Shown piece by piece: positions 49,701 to 63,682 of a stretch of 64,000 nt of DNA. A model generated the notes under the pieces. It ran no database searches, was not told the origin of the DNA, and saw only the letters and a list, made by a program, of their open reading frames with translations. Positions within the stretch are counted from its first letter, which is position 1; every line of letters begins with the position of its first letter. The DNA is from Azolla caroliniana (lineage: Eukaryota > Plantae > Polypodiophyta): contig JBHGNT010000007.1 in the NCBI GenBank assembly GCA_043228905.1, forward strand, positions 9,362,001 to 9,426,000, in the 5' to 3' direction. The position numbers and the translations under genes are program-made.

Positions 49701-52700
49701 ATCTCAGGTGTGGAACTGTGCAAAGTTCGTATGCCAGACGTACGTAATGGACATTACTTATTATATGGTTTACCTGCATTTTTTCTGGGATGTTGCTGGA
49801 TCTTCTCCCTGGATAAAAGAGTAAGATTCAGAAACATGCACTGAATTATATATACATAGATTGAGCTCACAGAAGGAATTGGGAAAATTGATAGGACAAG
49901 TTAGATTGCAGTTGAACATCCCTTAAAGGGAATGTGGTACATAATGTAAGCTTATACACAAATAACAGCGATCCATCAACATAGAGCAGCCTTAACAGGT
50001 AATCAAAGTTGTATACTTGGTCTGCTTTATTCCTGGGAACCCACATCACTTATATCAATACCCAAAACGAAATACTGTGTTGCAAGCTTATACGTGAATA
50101 TCAGTAATCCATCAACTTAAGCAGTTAAAGTTGTATATATGATTTTACATCTTCCTGTGGGACATTTCGTAAACAATCATCTAAAATGTGACAGCCTTGA
50201 GTTATATGGAACAGAAAGGGACATATAAACTGTAACATAATCACAATGGACCAATCTATATCATTTACTTGAAGTGTTTGTAATCTGTATCTCCCTGCAT
50301 TTCTGTATCCTGCCCAACCCTCCACTGCTTAGCCCCTTTTTCTTGCTATACATTTTCACTTTGCCTCTACTTTGCAGTTCTATAAATCCATCCCCCTTTG
50401 CAATTGCATTATGATCTATTAGTTTGAGTTAAGCTTTGTCGAACACCACAATAGTTCTGGTACAGAGCACCAGCTATTAATGCCGATGAGCTCACATAGC
50501 AAACTTTGTTTGCCACCATTACTAAGAAAGTCTTGAATTCATACAATACTTCAACCAAGGTTTTTATTGAGTCAATGTTCAAGCTCATGGAAAGTTTTCC
50601 TCTTGGGTGAGATAGACGAATTGCAAGAGGACAAGAAGGTTTAAAATGAGTTCATGGAAATCAAAAGCCAGATCTACTTTAAAAAATTTATAGGAAATTA
50701 CATGCACCCAAAGTAGAGTCAATAAAGATCCAAATTACATGCACCCAAACAGAAACGGAAACCCCACAGAAAACTGGCATTGAATGTCAAGAAAACATGT
50801 GGGCAGAGCTACATGAGTGGATGGACTAAATAAAGATAGAAGGAAGAAAAAAATGAATATTCCACCAATTAAGTACATCAAAACAAAGTATTGTATGGCT
50901 CTTTTCTCTTATTGAGCTCTGTCGCAGAACCATTAATGATGCTGGATATAAATATTTTAGCTCATCCAAAGCATGATTATGTACCTCATAGAGCACATTT
51001 TTCAATACTGAATGTGTTTCTAACACAACAATCTGCACAAAACAGTTCTGGACCTTTTCACCCAAGCCCCCATCATCTATCATTGCATAAGCATCAATTA
51101 CCTGTAAAAGTAAAAGTAACCAAATCGATGTGAAACAACCTAAATGCCTGAATTTAGAGAAAGTGTCATATTTCATCAGCAGAATCATAACTGTTTAACA
51201 GCATTGGCACTCACCATTCTATACTTCTCTGCTTCAAAACTTTGACAGACTTCCAGTAAAACATGATCTACCTTCTCCAGTGTCCTTTGCAGCCATTCCT
51301 ATATGTCAACATCCACTTTAGAAAATATTAAAACAGATTATAAACCCCCCAAGACAGTTTCAATGTTGTGCTTGATGTCATTCAGCACTGAGAACTAAGA
51401 CTACTTGTTTATTAATCCCTCATACATAGTACTTCATTTATTCCAAGAATTTAATTGATATGATAATAGCCCACTATAAGGCCCTATGTTTACATTTATC
51501 ACATGTTGGGTTATCATCCGGCCCTTTTTTGCAGAAATATGTGTCTCCCATGGGCTCCGTGTGATGTGACAGCTCATAACTTCGTTACATTAGTTATAGA
51601 TTAAAGTAAAGCTATGGAAGAATATAGCTGACAATTGTGGAATTGGCAATTGGAATCAGAGGAACCCTCTGTTTGCCATAGTAGTGTTTCTTAAGAATAT
51701 GGGGGAGATACTACTGCCTCTTTAAACAACGCTTTGGTCCACCACTAGGAATCGGCAACGGTTCAGTTTCCAAACCAAACCGATTAAGCCTTGACTGGTT
51801 TGGGAATTTCCAAACTTGAACCGAACTGGTTCCTAAACCAGTTAAGGCTAACCGTTTGGCCCAAATCCATTTGGTTTGGCTTGAGCCATCACAAACCGAT
51901 CTCAAACCAGTTAAGGAAGCTCAAGCCTAAACCGAACAGAACAGAACCACCAAACCATTTTTAAATGGTTTAACGGTTCGGTTCAGGCTTGAGCCAAGCT
52001 GTTGCGATTTCTATCCACCACGCAACATAATCGAATAAAAAGATCACGACGCTTGAGGTTGTTCTTGCTGCAAAGACATAGAAATTATTGAAAGACAAGG
52101 ATATAGCCACCAAACCACATGAGCAAAGAATCCTCATCACCATATTTAGCATCATCACCCCATGTCAATGCAAGGCTACATGGGTAAGGTCTATCCTGGG
52201 GTAATTTTTCATGCACGTGTGTTAGACTATATGAACCATGGCCTCGTCAGCCTTATATCAATTAATCAAGGCTATTACCATCCAATGTTGATGGTGCTTT
52301 CCTCGCTACAGAGACCTCTCTGTCTTGGGTAACCCAAATTGGAGATCTTTCTGATGGAAAAGTATCAGTCCGCCTAAGTTCACAATGTTATATCAATGGG
52401 AATATCTGGATTCCTTCTCAAGAGCATTGAATGTCTATGTAGATACCTGTATTCAACTGTTTGAGAGCCAGGGTACTTTATGCAACAACCCAAATTTATT
52501 ATTGTTTAGTTTGGTTTGTTGTTTTCTAAAATGAGACAGCATTTTCAGTCTTATAGATCAGTTTCGCCTCATAAGGGATGTTCACATTGTCATAGAGATT
52601 GAGGTAGGCGATATACACAACTACCTCTAGAAGAGAGAATTTGCCAATTGTGTCATCAAGGAGTGGAATCTGGGGAACACTATGTTTGTCATTGTAGTGT

Positions 52701-55700
52701 CTTTTATGAAATCAGAGGGAGATACCATTGCCTCTTTAAACAAGGCTTTGGCCCACTACACAAGGTAATGGAATATGACGACCAACGATGCCTAGGACTT
52801 TTCTTGCTAGAGCTCAAGAGACATAGGGAAAAGTTGTTGAAGAATACAGCCACACAAGCTCATCCACAAAGAACAATCACAACATTCTTTAGCCCCATCA
52901 CTCCTAATGCTAGAAGTCAACCCCGGGATACACAAATGGGCTTCAGACCAGCACATAACAAAGGGGTTACAATTGATCGGGCAATGGCAATTTGCTGTGC
53001 ACGTAGGCCTCGTCCCCATGGACCACGACCTCGACAACCTTGTCATCGACAGATAAAAGGCATTATCTCCCGCCACCGTAGGTGCTTCCCTCGCTTCAGA
53101 GACATTTCCATTCTGGATCGACCTATGCTAGAGATCTTTCGAAGACAAAAGCTACAATATACCTAACTTGAGGATCTCACATGTGCCAAAAACCAGATTC
53201 CCTCATTTCTTTTCTTTTCATGTTATTTACTTTTATATTTACTGTGTAATATTTATTTTATTTTGATTTGTTCTCAAAGACAAGACAACACTTAAGATGC
53301 AATCTCTTATTTGGTCTTATAGGCCATTTTGGCCTCTTAAAAGACGTTAACATTTCTTTCTTTCTTTCTTTCTTTCTCTTTCTTTCTTTCTCTTTCTTTC
53401 TTTCTCTTTCTTTCTTTCTTTCTTTCTTCTTTCTTTCTTCGTTCTTTTTTCTTTCTTTCTTTGTTCTTTCTTCATTCTTTCTCAGAACATAGCACACCCT
53501 GACATGAATCTACCTTTTTTACACCACAAAATGTAAGAAACACTATTGATTGGTTACAATTTGCGAAGGCACACGATCCTGATGGATTGGTAGAGAAGCA
53601 CTTTATCTATGCCTGTGACATATTGCTTTTGTTGCTAGCACACATCTTTAACAGAGCTATGTGAAGAACATACCATTGTGCCAATCTTTAAGAACAGAGG
53701 ATAGACTCATCCAAAGACCCTCTTATAAGGACATACATCTACCGCATGCTTTGCACAGTGTAATAGGGCAGCTGTGGACCTCTTCACATCAGTTAGAGAT
53801 CTAGATAGAGAAACATGTACACAAACCTCTGGAAGAAATAATATATAATCTGCAATTATGTCATCTGAAGAGCACTATGTTTGCCACTTTACTATTTTCT
53901 ATAAGTAAGAGGGAGATACCATTGCCTCTTTAATCAAGACTTTGGGCCACTACACAAGGTAATGGAAAATGAGGACCAACAACGCTTGGGCCTATTCTTG
54001 CTAGAATTCAAGAGACATATGGAAAAGTTGTTGGACAACAATACAACAACAAAATCTCATCAACATAGACGATAGAACAATCTCCACTTTCTTCCATCCC
54101 ATCATTCCTACTCATGCTACAAGTCAATCACAGGACACATAAGCGGGCTCCAAACTAGGACATTGCAAAAGGGGTTACAATACCTCGGGTAAAAGCTATT
54201 TGTTTTGTTGTGCATGTAGGACTCAGCCTTGTGGCACCACAATCTCCCCACCCTTGTCATTGACAGATAAAGGCTAATATCTGCCACCAACATGAGTACT
54301 TCCTTGGCGTTGGAGATCTCTCCATTCTGGATTGAAGTATGCTAGAAATCTTGAGATTTTTTTTCATTTAGTTACATTTATTTTGGTTTGTTGTTCTCGA
54401 AGACAATGCAACATTTTACTATATTAGTCTCCTATTTTGTCCTTATAGGCCTTTTTGGTCTCTTAAAAGACGTTAATATATTTTTCTTTCTTTCTTCTTT
54501 CAATCTTTCTCAATCCTCACATGGGATAATGTTCATTTACCTATCCTTCTAAGTGATGGTCAATCATGTTGACAATTGTTTCACAACGCAACTTATGTTC
54601 GCTTATAAAAAGCCATTATCCTAAGAACATATAAGAAGTTTGCCCAGTACCATTCATGCATTCGCATTTGCGAACATTCGTATCATTCGCGTAAGAAAAA
54701 CACCCTCAAAGTATAGTAAATACCATACTTTTGCGCTCATTATTTATTATAAGGTTGTTTTTTTAGGGCAAGAAAGTTAAGGTAAAAAGTGTAAAAAAAA
54801 AACACAAGAATGTTTTAATAACATGCGCATTCGTTTGCATACGTATGAAAACGAATGTTTGGGCTAACGAACACAAATATTACGTACTATGCAACAAACA
54901 TTCATTACCCCTATGTTATGAAGTATAATAACAAAACTTTTATTACCTCTATGCTGAGGTTCATATCTGCAATTGCTGCAACCCCAGTACATTCGTCCAT
55001 AATTTGCATGCAAACAGAGCACATTCGTAAAGCCTGCATATAGAATGGATGGTGTGCAAGTAATAATCTAAACTTTCATTAAATTTACTTAGAAGGGGGA
55101 AAAAATTCAAGATCGGATATTGAATTTACACAACTCACTTTGGCATAATCTCCCTCTTCAACTATGCCTTCTAGCCGCAACTTGATTTCTATCGCATGTT
55201 GTATCTTGATTAAAATTGGCAATACACCCTGTATGCTAAAGTGGGTTAGACCCAGATTGACACAGCAATAGAAAATAAAGGAACACCTCCAATAACTCTG
55301 AAAAACAAGAATGACAATGCAGATATATTTTACTATTTTCAGCATCAATCTCCTTCAATTCAATTTTACTTCTTTTTCGTATGCTGAACCATACATAATA
55401 CATATTTACCAATGCCTCCTGTTGAGTTGTGTTTCCTCCTTTCCTTCATCTCTTTCTTTCTCAAGTGTATCTCACACCACACATAAAGTATCCTCAGATC
55501 CTAAGTTTACTTCTTAGAGCTCGTGCCATTTCATTGAAGTATAGTTTCTCGAATAAGTTTAATACATGTTGGAATAACCTAGTAGATAAAAGAATATATT
55601 TTTCTACTTGATGCCTTATCTCCAGATCATCTTTCAAGCAATTTGGGACTTTGGAAGTTTTAAGTAACCTAGGAACCAAATTTTACTTTACCCATTTTTA

Positions 55701-58700
55701 GAAAAACTCAACTTCGATTTGATTCTGTTATATCAAGCATCCATATTTGAAACTTCAATAAGTAACTGTAAACATGGTCATATAAGCTTGGGGTTTGAAT
55801 TGAAGGGCTTCAATTCCCAGAACCATAGTTGTTAAAAATGTGTATATTATGTATAGAATATGTTTTGAAATATTCTGAAGTATTTAACACGTCTTGTACG
55901 TTTTAGAGCTGCAATTTCAAAATGTTCCATGGATTCTAAGTATTCTACATAATTTAACAAGTATTTTACATTTCCTAGAATTAATAGTTAACAAAATAAC
56001 TATAATTTGGACAAAAAACAATTGTTAGATGCAATACAAATATAAGTTAACATATTCTGCGTATTTTATCATTAGAACACGTATTGTACTTCAAAAAAAA
56101 GTAGAATACTTTTGACATACCTAGCAAACATATTGTACACTTATTGTATGCTAAGTATTTTACACCTATGAACAGACGTAAGATTTTGTAATGTGCATTG
56201 TGGATCCCAACACTAGTGCTTGTGGTGATGTTGTCATCGGTTTCTCATTATCTCTATCTCCCCCATTCTTCAAAATTTCTCTCCATTTTCATCATCATTG
56301 CTTAACATGAAATGTGGCATATAAGGAATTCCAAGCACAAATGACACCTATTACCCCCATTTATGCATGTGTACTAATAACCAGATTCACTAGGTTCCAA
56401 GTAAGGTTGAACAAAAGAACGTGAATAATATCCAGGAAAATGTCGATTCACTATTAATCAAGGAATATGCATCCTACCATGTCACAGAAATACAGATCAC
56501 ATTTCTTTTCCACATGTTCTATACTGCAGAGCATAACCCCCATAAACAATGACAATTCAATTCTGTACTGAAAATAATGATGAAAATCTAACGCTACTGA
56601 GCCCCATCCCAATTGCAAATCTCCAGTATGCCACAAGCCAAAAAATGGATGTTTTAAGAGACTGAAAAGGAATAATCATTTAACACTCTTGTTCATGTTA
56701 TGCCAGTCTCTCCATTTTCTTCTCCAGCACGTACAACATCTTTTACAATCACAACAGTTTTTCTTTTACTATCATATTTTTCTGTTCGCTTTAAGACAAA
56801 CTTTTAATGACCACATGCACATACATCTTGATAATTTTCCTCGACAATTTTACAAACTTATAACATCAAAGCTTTTCATCTTAATATCTCTATGCTATAA
56901 CTTATCAAGCCTCACTCCTGCAAATTTTCCATATCAGCATGCAAAGTGATGTATCTACAGAAGAGATATAAACATGCAGTGGTATATAGAAGCCAATCAT
57001 ACCAGTAAAAACTGTTTCTTCTTAACGTTGGATGTCACAAGCAAATTTTGTGAAACTTCATAAATGGCAGATGATAGATGCCTCCTTCCATTCTGTAAAA
57101 GCAGCAAAATTACTAGAAGTTTTTCAAAAATGACATAATCATTAGAGTTCATGAACCTGTTGATCTTAATATTTCTGGGAATTACAACTGCAAATAGGAA
57201 AGACATGTCTTCAGCTAAGCACAGACTTTGATTGATAACTATGCTCAAAATTGTTAGGATCAATACTTAACAAATCATTAGTAAACTACGCTGAGATGGG
57301 TCTTTCTTGTTCAAATGAATTTTCCCAATTCTGAAGTGCATAAAAAATGTAACCTAAAGTTACAACTTCAATCATTTCCATTGTAAGGATATAGACCTTT
57401 GAAGAATGACAAAAATGACTGCGTGTTATAGTTAACCTCCACTATTCTTCCCTGTACACATGAGTTTTAGAATGTTGGAAGTGCACAAGTTATCATTTCA
57501 CATTCTTCAAACAGCTCCAACTTACTGAGATTAAATTTAAATACTAACAATGAAAATACAACCACAATGTACAAGCCATGGCAAGAATTAGTATGCATTA
57601 GAATTAAGGAGTGTGTGAAAATTAGTTGAAAGAACTGGGAAGAAGTAGTAAGAGCAGAAAATATTTTAAGAGTTATGCCTGGATCTAGAAAACAAATTTT
57701 ACAATAATTGGATCCCCTTGTCAGATATCCAGTACAAATGGAGACAAATAGAGAGGCAAATGTCAAATAGAAAGTCTTAATACTATTCAATGGAGAAGAA
57801 TAAATCCCAATTTCATATGAAAAAAGCAAATATGATAGTGGTGATTTATGTATGAAAGAATATCCGCACACTTTACAAGCTATACAGCAGAAAGCCAGAT
57901 GAATAGCAAACAAGCAAAAGATTGAGGTGTTCATCTGCATAAAAGTCTCCAATGCATAAATCAAGATGCATCATTTACTAGATGAATTGGTACCTTACAA
58001 ATAATGTTTGTCACCTGCAAATCCTTCTCCAATTCCATAACTAACTGCATACCCTTCACTATCCAAAAAACTTATATATGAAAACGAGATTCTTTATAAT
58101 TAACAACAAGATTTTTTAACCATAAATAAGAATAAGATTTGAATCTGAACAAACGGATTCTTTATAAAAAACAATAAGATTCAAATTTTAACCATAAATA
58201 AGGACATGCTTCCACTTATTTCAATGGAAAAACAAACTAATTTGGTTGGAATTTGCAAACAATGTTGGTAAAATTAATTTGTCACAAGTATTAGTCTTAT
58301 TACTGTTTACATCTCCCCATCTATCTATTGTGGTAGAGGGTTACAAAAACAGAAATTGCAAGAAGTTAAGGACTTCCTTCAAGTGTTTCTGGCATGTTCA
58401 AAGTTTATCATGATAACGCTATAAAAGCCAAAGATTGTGCTAAATATTTGCCAAATGAAAAAGTGGCTAATAAAGTGCAATATGAGCTTGGTGACCAGTA
58501 TTTATGCTAGATGACTAGGTTGGGTTTGCTCACCATGATCTATTGGGTGATCTTTATGGAGTGAAGTCAACTATAGGAAATAGCTTAAGTATAGGTACAG
58601 GGCCTAGAAAATCTACATAGACTCGGTTTTTGGCACACTGCATAGCATAAGGTCTATGGTTGGAACATGAATCTTATTTACTTTTCTGGTTATCTTAAAT

Positions 58701-61040
58701 CGATAGACCATATTATTCATCAAAGTACAAATGTCAGCTAGATGGCATTGCAACTAGATATAGGTACAAGGCATAGTATATAGGTTATAGTGGGAGAGTG
58801 AATCTTATTTCTTTCCCTGGTTATCTTAAATCAATAAACCATATTATCCACCAAAGTGGAGATGTCAGCGAGTTGTCATTGCAACCCTGTAGATATGGGT
58901 ACTCTTTCAAGTATCAAACTTTAACAAAACAGGTGTTTATTATGATTTACAAAACAATAGTACCAAAAAGGTGTTGGTTTCCTCACTCAATAGATTTTAC
59001 TCCTTGATAGATTCTAGTATAAAGGGATTGCTTTTGTCAACGGATTCCCTCGTATACTGTGTCAAAGGAATCTACACCAAGAACCAAAGAATTAACACAA
59101 TAATGTGTAGAACGAAATGAATCTACTACAAAACCTGATCCATGAGGCCATATTTCCAAATTGAGTTGTGTATGAATTGATTTGAATTACCCTGAGGGAC
59201 ATCATATCCAAACATGCTAGACACTAGTTACACTGAAGGATATCATATCCAAACATGCCACACACTAGCTACACTACTTGACTTGATTATCCAGAAATGC
59301 ATTGTCACAAAATAAAATCAACTCATGGATGAATTCGTTTGAAACTAATATGGAAAACTGTAATTGATGAAGTGAAAGAAGATATAAGTATAGAACTTGA
59401 TGGTTATAAAGTGATGAAATATTATATTAACGTCACACACCCATCTCCTCATGATGATTCATGACTTTGCTCGAAAGTGTTTCTGTATTAAAATCAAGCT
59501 GCAACAATCTTTGTGTAACCTGTCTTGGCCATGTCAGGACGTAAAAACATTCGTTAAAAAACAGATTTCAAGCAGATATGTATCAGAAAGGCAGTATGAA
59601 TCACTTTATCATCATGTTATTTCCTTACCTTCCCTTCAAAGTATTTCTTATCCACATTCTCTGCAGGTAAATTTTCCAGCATGTATCTTACAGGATCAAA
59701 ATCCTGCAATATCAACAAGAGGATTTATCGAATTGGATTTTGTGTTAAGATGGTTCCACTAGATATGAGTTGCATTCTTCCTTGTAATGGAATGTTATAA
59801 TTGTGAAGTCACAGACAAACACACACATTGGTGATAGTGATATTCTGAAAAAGACCAAAAATACAATAAATACATGTTGTTTGTATAAGTGGCATTGCTG
59901 CAGCTATAGATTCAAAAAAATCTATGAAGTTTCTCTTAAGATGGTTTCATTGGTTACAAACTTAAACACACATTGGCAACATCCCAAAGCATATTATGCA
60001 ATAAGCTTAAATGTCACCACACAGGAATTCACAGAGGATAAATATAATGAATTTACTATTCAATGGTAGGGTTCAGGGGTGAACTTTGTGGTGTAGACAT
60101 CACAATAGCTACTACATTTAATATAGCCACAGATCTCGAAAAAGCGCATGGAGCATGCTATAAAGGTCTATGGTTAGGAGGCGAATCTGACCTAATTTTC
60201 CAATACTCTTACATTAAATTATCAAAGAATATTCATGGCGTTTGGGCAATTGAACACAACTCAAGCTTTAGAATAAAATAAATCCAGAAAGCTTAAGACA
60301 TGAACAGATAGTTTTAAATTACTTGTTCGTAAAATTCAGCCTCGAGTTCATCGGGTTTCTCTCCATGGGCTCTACCACCGTAAACAGATAGAGATCCTCC
60401 TAGAGTTGATGGAAGATTCAATCGCTCATGGGGAGGAAGACCAGCAATAGTTCGAGCAACCGCTGCAGCAGCAGCAGCTCGAGCAGGAACCTGATACCAG
60501 TTATACATTCATCCATTAATTTAAAGCCCACATATGATGTGTTCTATAAAATTTCTCCAGATGCAAAATATCCCCACATACATACATTCATCCATGCGTT
60601 CATTAATGCATACAAACATATAATACATGCATATATGCACATATCAACACATATATATACATTCATCCATTCACTCATTCATTCAAAACCCAAAAATGTT
60701 TTTTTTTCATGAAATGCCACAATTCTAAAGTTATTGGGTGAGAATGGAAGAATATGCTTCAAATTTATTGTTACCTCAATCTTTTCAAATGCAAAAAAAT
60801 CAGACATACATACATCATACATTCCATACATACAGATAGATAGAGATACGTTCATGCATTCACTCATTCATTTCAAACCCAAAAAATTGACCTTTTCTAT
60901 GGAATTTCTCAATATCTAGGCTTAATTTCTTCAAATTTTCTTGTTACCTCCGGTTTTTCAGGTGCAAAAGGAGTGATGGTAAGGGCCTTTCCTGACCTCA
61001 CTGACTGTAAAAACTTCCCTCCAAGGTTCATAAGATCCAT
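34758..61040 (-). CDS. VPS50: Syndetin / VPS50 (EARP complex subunit, CCDC132 family), 24 coding exons, 1119 aa
   Basis: Exons (minus): 61040-60948, 60490-60323, 59703-59629, 59519-59441, 58058-57994, 57092-57003, 55228-55139, 55033-54947, 51298-51215, 51101-50985, 49808-49774, 49545-49413, 47664-47077, 46568-45979, 45361-45298, 42663-42561, 42437-42235, 37588-37463, 36789-36719, 36191-36129, 35757-35685, 35519-35322, 35036-34986, 34871-34758; total 3360 nt in frame. Motifs PARAAAAAAVAR, DFDPVRY, DFIDEDSQLPSR, EGLSRVKRCTNEGRALMSLDLQ and AYYLPE match plant VPS50 as recalled. Confidence 0.92.
35322..35519 (-). CDS. VPS50: VPS50 coding exon 22 (C-terminal domain)
   Basis: TREVLLEYG..LHIVEAYIK with AG/GT borders. 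Confidence 0.93.
37990..38970 (-). mobile_element. Degenerate LINE 3' fragment (same family as 52580-53480)
   Basis: Reverse-complement match to the family 3' tail and to the ACAATCACAAC.TTCTT block. Confidence 0.7.
38990..39082 (+). mobile_element. Short LINE 3'-end copy
   Basis: TTGGTCTATAGGTCATTTTGGCCTCTTAAAAG..TCTTTCTTT. Confidence 0.7.
40090..40510 (-). mobile_element. Degenerate LINE fragment homologous to 38550-38910
   Basis: Shared GTGCCTT.T.GTGGGCCATCTTCCT..GAGA block and flanks. Confidence 0.6.
42235..42437 (-). CDS. VPS50: VPS50 coding exon 17
   Basis: LTTRLRATLVRI..NMHGLK with AG/GT borders. Confidence 0.88.
44570..44925 (+). mobile_element. LINE ORF2 fragment (post-RT region, RTE/L2-like)
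   Basis: KLWLFDTL.TPTLLYGVETWG..IIRAEMG. Confidence 0.75.
45979..46568 (-). CDS. VPS50: VPS50 coding exon 14 (GC donor)
   Basis: VLRMMLEKELWQ..LADFIDEDSQLPSR..SAVGILR. Confidence 0.92.
47077..47664 (-). CDS. VPS50: VPS50 coding exon 13
   Basis: ..GRKHVWELAARRVSALLS..FHRQNLE with AG/GT borders. Confidence 0.92.
51746..52013. mobile_element. hAT MITE nested in a LINE fragment (about 51640-52200)
   Basis: Imperfect TIR TAGGAATCGGCAAC / GTTGCGATTTCTA; 8-bp TSD TCCACCAC; AACCG motifs. Confidence 0.85.
52580..53480 (+). mobile_element. LINE 3' end with C-terminal Cys/His finger and (TTTC)n tail
   Basis: IEVGRY..EERICQLCHQGVESGEHYVCHC; hairpin AGGCCATTTTGGCCT; (TTTC)n at 53353-53480. Confidence 0.8.
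53860..54500 (+). mobile_element. Second copy of the same LINE 3' end
   Basis: Homologous to 52670-53360, ends in TTTC repeats. Confidence 0.8.
60323..60490 (-). CDS. VPS50: VPS50 coding exon 2
   Basis: VPARAAAAAAVAR..ELEAEFYEQ with AG/GT borders. Confidence 0.92.
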
Positions 61041-61676
61041 CTTTTAAATAGGGTTTACTGTTCTCAAATGGAATTATAATACCACAATGCATCCATATTT
61101 CCATCTCTACACCATAACGGACAAGCTTGATACCAGTCAATCTCTACAATAGGGAGCTTCCATACCTTGATCCATGAATCTACATCAATACATGAAGAAA
61201 TCTGCATTGCTTTACTACTTATTTTATCAAAATCACAGTTGTTGAAAGCCACAGCATTCTGCCCTGTTTGTTGAGAAACCTCAGCCCTTCCTCGAACTGG
61301 AATTTTATGCCTAAACCCTAATTCTGAACCTATTTAAAACCGAAATCCTAAACTCTAAACTCAGACGCAATCCGAAGCCCAGAACTAACTCTAACATGAC
61401 AGACCCCTGTGAAGATTTTCAAAAGAGATCTGACTCATCTTTCAAGATCTCGACGGCAATAATGATGATGATGATGATGATGAAGATGATGAATAAACAA
61501 AAAGAATACTTCACACTGTTTGTCCCGTGAATCGGATATAGTCGAGGATCTATGGTAATCTTAGGTTAGTCTGTCAGAGCAGCAAAAATCTGCCTCTTTC
61601 GCTGTCTCGCGCTCTCCGGACTTTATTCGTTGCAGACAAATACGAGGAAGGGAGGATTCGAACCCTTGGCCTTTGA

Positions 61677-61806
61677 ATGTATGTATGTATGTATGTATGT
61701 ATGTATGTACTGTCACTGTCACACACATAGTAGAGATAGTAGAGCCTTTGCCAAATTCTCAAACATACATACATACATACATACATACATACTGATACAT
61801 ACATAC
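61677..61806. repeat. Opposed (ATGT)n and (ACAT)n microsatellites
   Basis: (ATGT)n at about 61677-61709 and (ACAT)n at about 61763-61806. Confidence 0.85.
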
Positions 61807-62379
61807 CCTCACTTTTTTCTCTCCTTTTTCACTCTCTTTTTCATAGACAATGAATGAATGTCTTCCTTCCATACTACGAAAGACAAAATGACTACATACT
61901 ATATAACCTTACACCACCAGCAAGAGACTATGTATATATGTAATAGAACTCATTCTACGGGATCTTTACATACATACTCTGCCCCACCCTCCCTACACAC
62001 TTATTCAGATGTTTAATATGATGTTCACGTGTGACCTTGCAGAGCTGGCTGGCTGACCCTCTTTTGTCATGCTTGAGATTCTGTGACTTCTCTAACACTG
62101 TCAATTGCGCCTCAAAAAGAAGTCATTTTAACTTTACAACATATTCTGTCACCCTAACTTTCGAACCAGAAGTGAGGTTCAATTTGAACCATAGCCCCTC
62201 TAAAACGATTTGGAAAAATGAGGCATCGCTCTATTGTTCTCCATTGTGCAAAACCCCAATTGAATGATGATAGTTTTTACTCCAGTCAAATACATTGACA
62301 CTAAATTAGATACACCTCCAAAACATTATAGCCATTGGGCATGAAAGGAATCAATGCCTGCTATTTCCCAGATCTATTT

Positions 62380-63680
62380 AACAAAAGAAACATGTTCCTC
62401 TACTGATGTTTCTTTCGTCCATGCATCCCCCAATGAATGGCAAAACTCCAACCACAACTCTCCAAATGAATACCTTAGTTCGTAGCATCAATCTAGAACA
62501 TCAACTTGCCTTGATCACATGAGACCACCAACTAATGGGCTTGCGAAACCCCCATATCTTTATAACCCTTTCTTCCATTCACATATGTTTGTCAATCAAC
62601 TTGTGATAAGCATCTTTTGCTAGTATCATAGACAAACTCCTATTTCTAACCAATATCCAATTAAGCTCTCGAGATTCACTATGTAAATCAAGAATTGGTT
62701 CATACAATGATAATAATCCTTGCAACTTATCCCAAATAAAGGTATAACCTATTGGAATATGAAATGTTGATCTTGTTGTTCGAAAGGCCATTATCCTTCT
62801 CTATGACACCAATATAGCATCCTCGATTATTACCAAAGCCAATCTAGCCATCGAATTAAATTGAAGGTTAAGAAGTTGTTTATATTGCCACCTCAACAAC
62901 CTTGATGCCGTGGAAACCTCCATTTGTAATGAATTGGCACATCCCCTTTTTCGTGGAGGATGCCATTGCACAAAATCTGCACATACTTTGCCAATATGTC
63001 AACCATCATGTTTCCAAGTTGAATTCTTCTCTTCTTTGTAAAGTATGTCACCATCTCCATCTAAGGTTATACATCCTCAAACATAAATGGAATGAAAGTA
63101 AATCGACGAGCCACCATATGTTCATCCTCCATAGACATATTGTGTAATCTAACAAGAATGGGATGTGTCACAATAGCGAATAGTAAAGGATTGATCAAGC
63201 ATCTTTGTCTAACTAATCCTCGAATACAAATAGGTTGGGTTACTTCTCCATTAGACATCACAAGTGAAAGAAAACCCTTCCCTAGTGTGTATATTATCCT
63301 AGACATACAATCACCAAAACCCATACGAGACATCAATTGGTTTATAAATGACCAATATATATTATCATATGCTCGCACAATATCCAATTATAACTACACC
63401 CATTCTTTTTTAGACTCCTTTGCATAGTCCATTTTCATTTGAACATTTAAAACATTATGTAAATATCTCTTTTTGTTAATAACCTATATTGAGCATTATG
63501 AATAATAGAATGAAAAACCTTATGTAATCTATTGGCCAACACTTTTGCAAAAATATTGTACATTTCCCCCATGAATGAAATAGGCCTCCATTGAGCAAAG
63601 GCACCTTCGTCAAAAGCTTTATGAAACCAATCTTTCATGAATGAGGCATTTCCCTTTCTGTCCACACCTTCTGAAATAAG
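62380..63680 (-). mobile_element. Degenerate L1-type LINE ORF2 (RT) remnant
   Basis: WRPISFM..AKVLANRL, DIVRAYDNIYWSFI, VRQRCLINPLLFAI. Confidence 0.8.
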
Positions 63681-63682
63681 AT

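Noticed and set aside
55824-56170. Possible hAT-like MITE (CATAGTTGTTAAAA..TTTTACACCTATG)
   Set aside because: The TIR match is weak and no 8-bp TSD was found; a similar weak candidate at about 54640-54890 was also left uncalled.
58590-58870. Local ~130-bp intronic duplication (another at about 49020-49240)
   Set aside because: Ordinary degenerate tandem duplications with no coding or structural signal.
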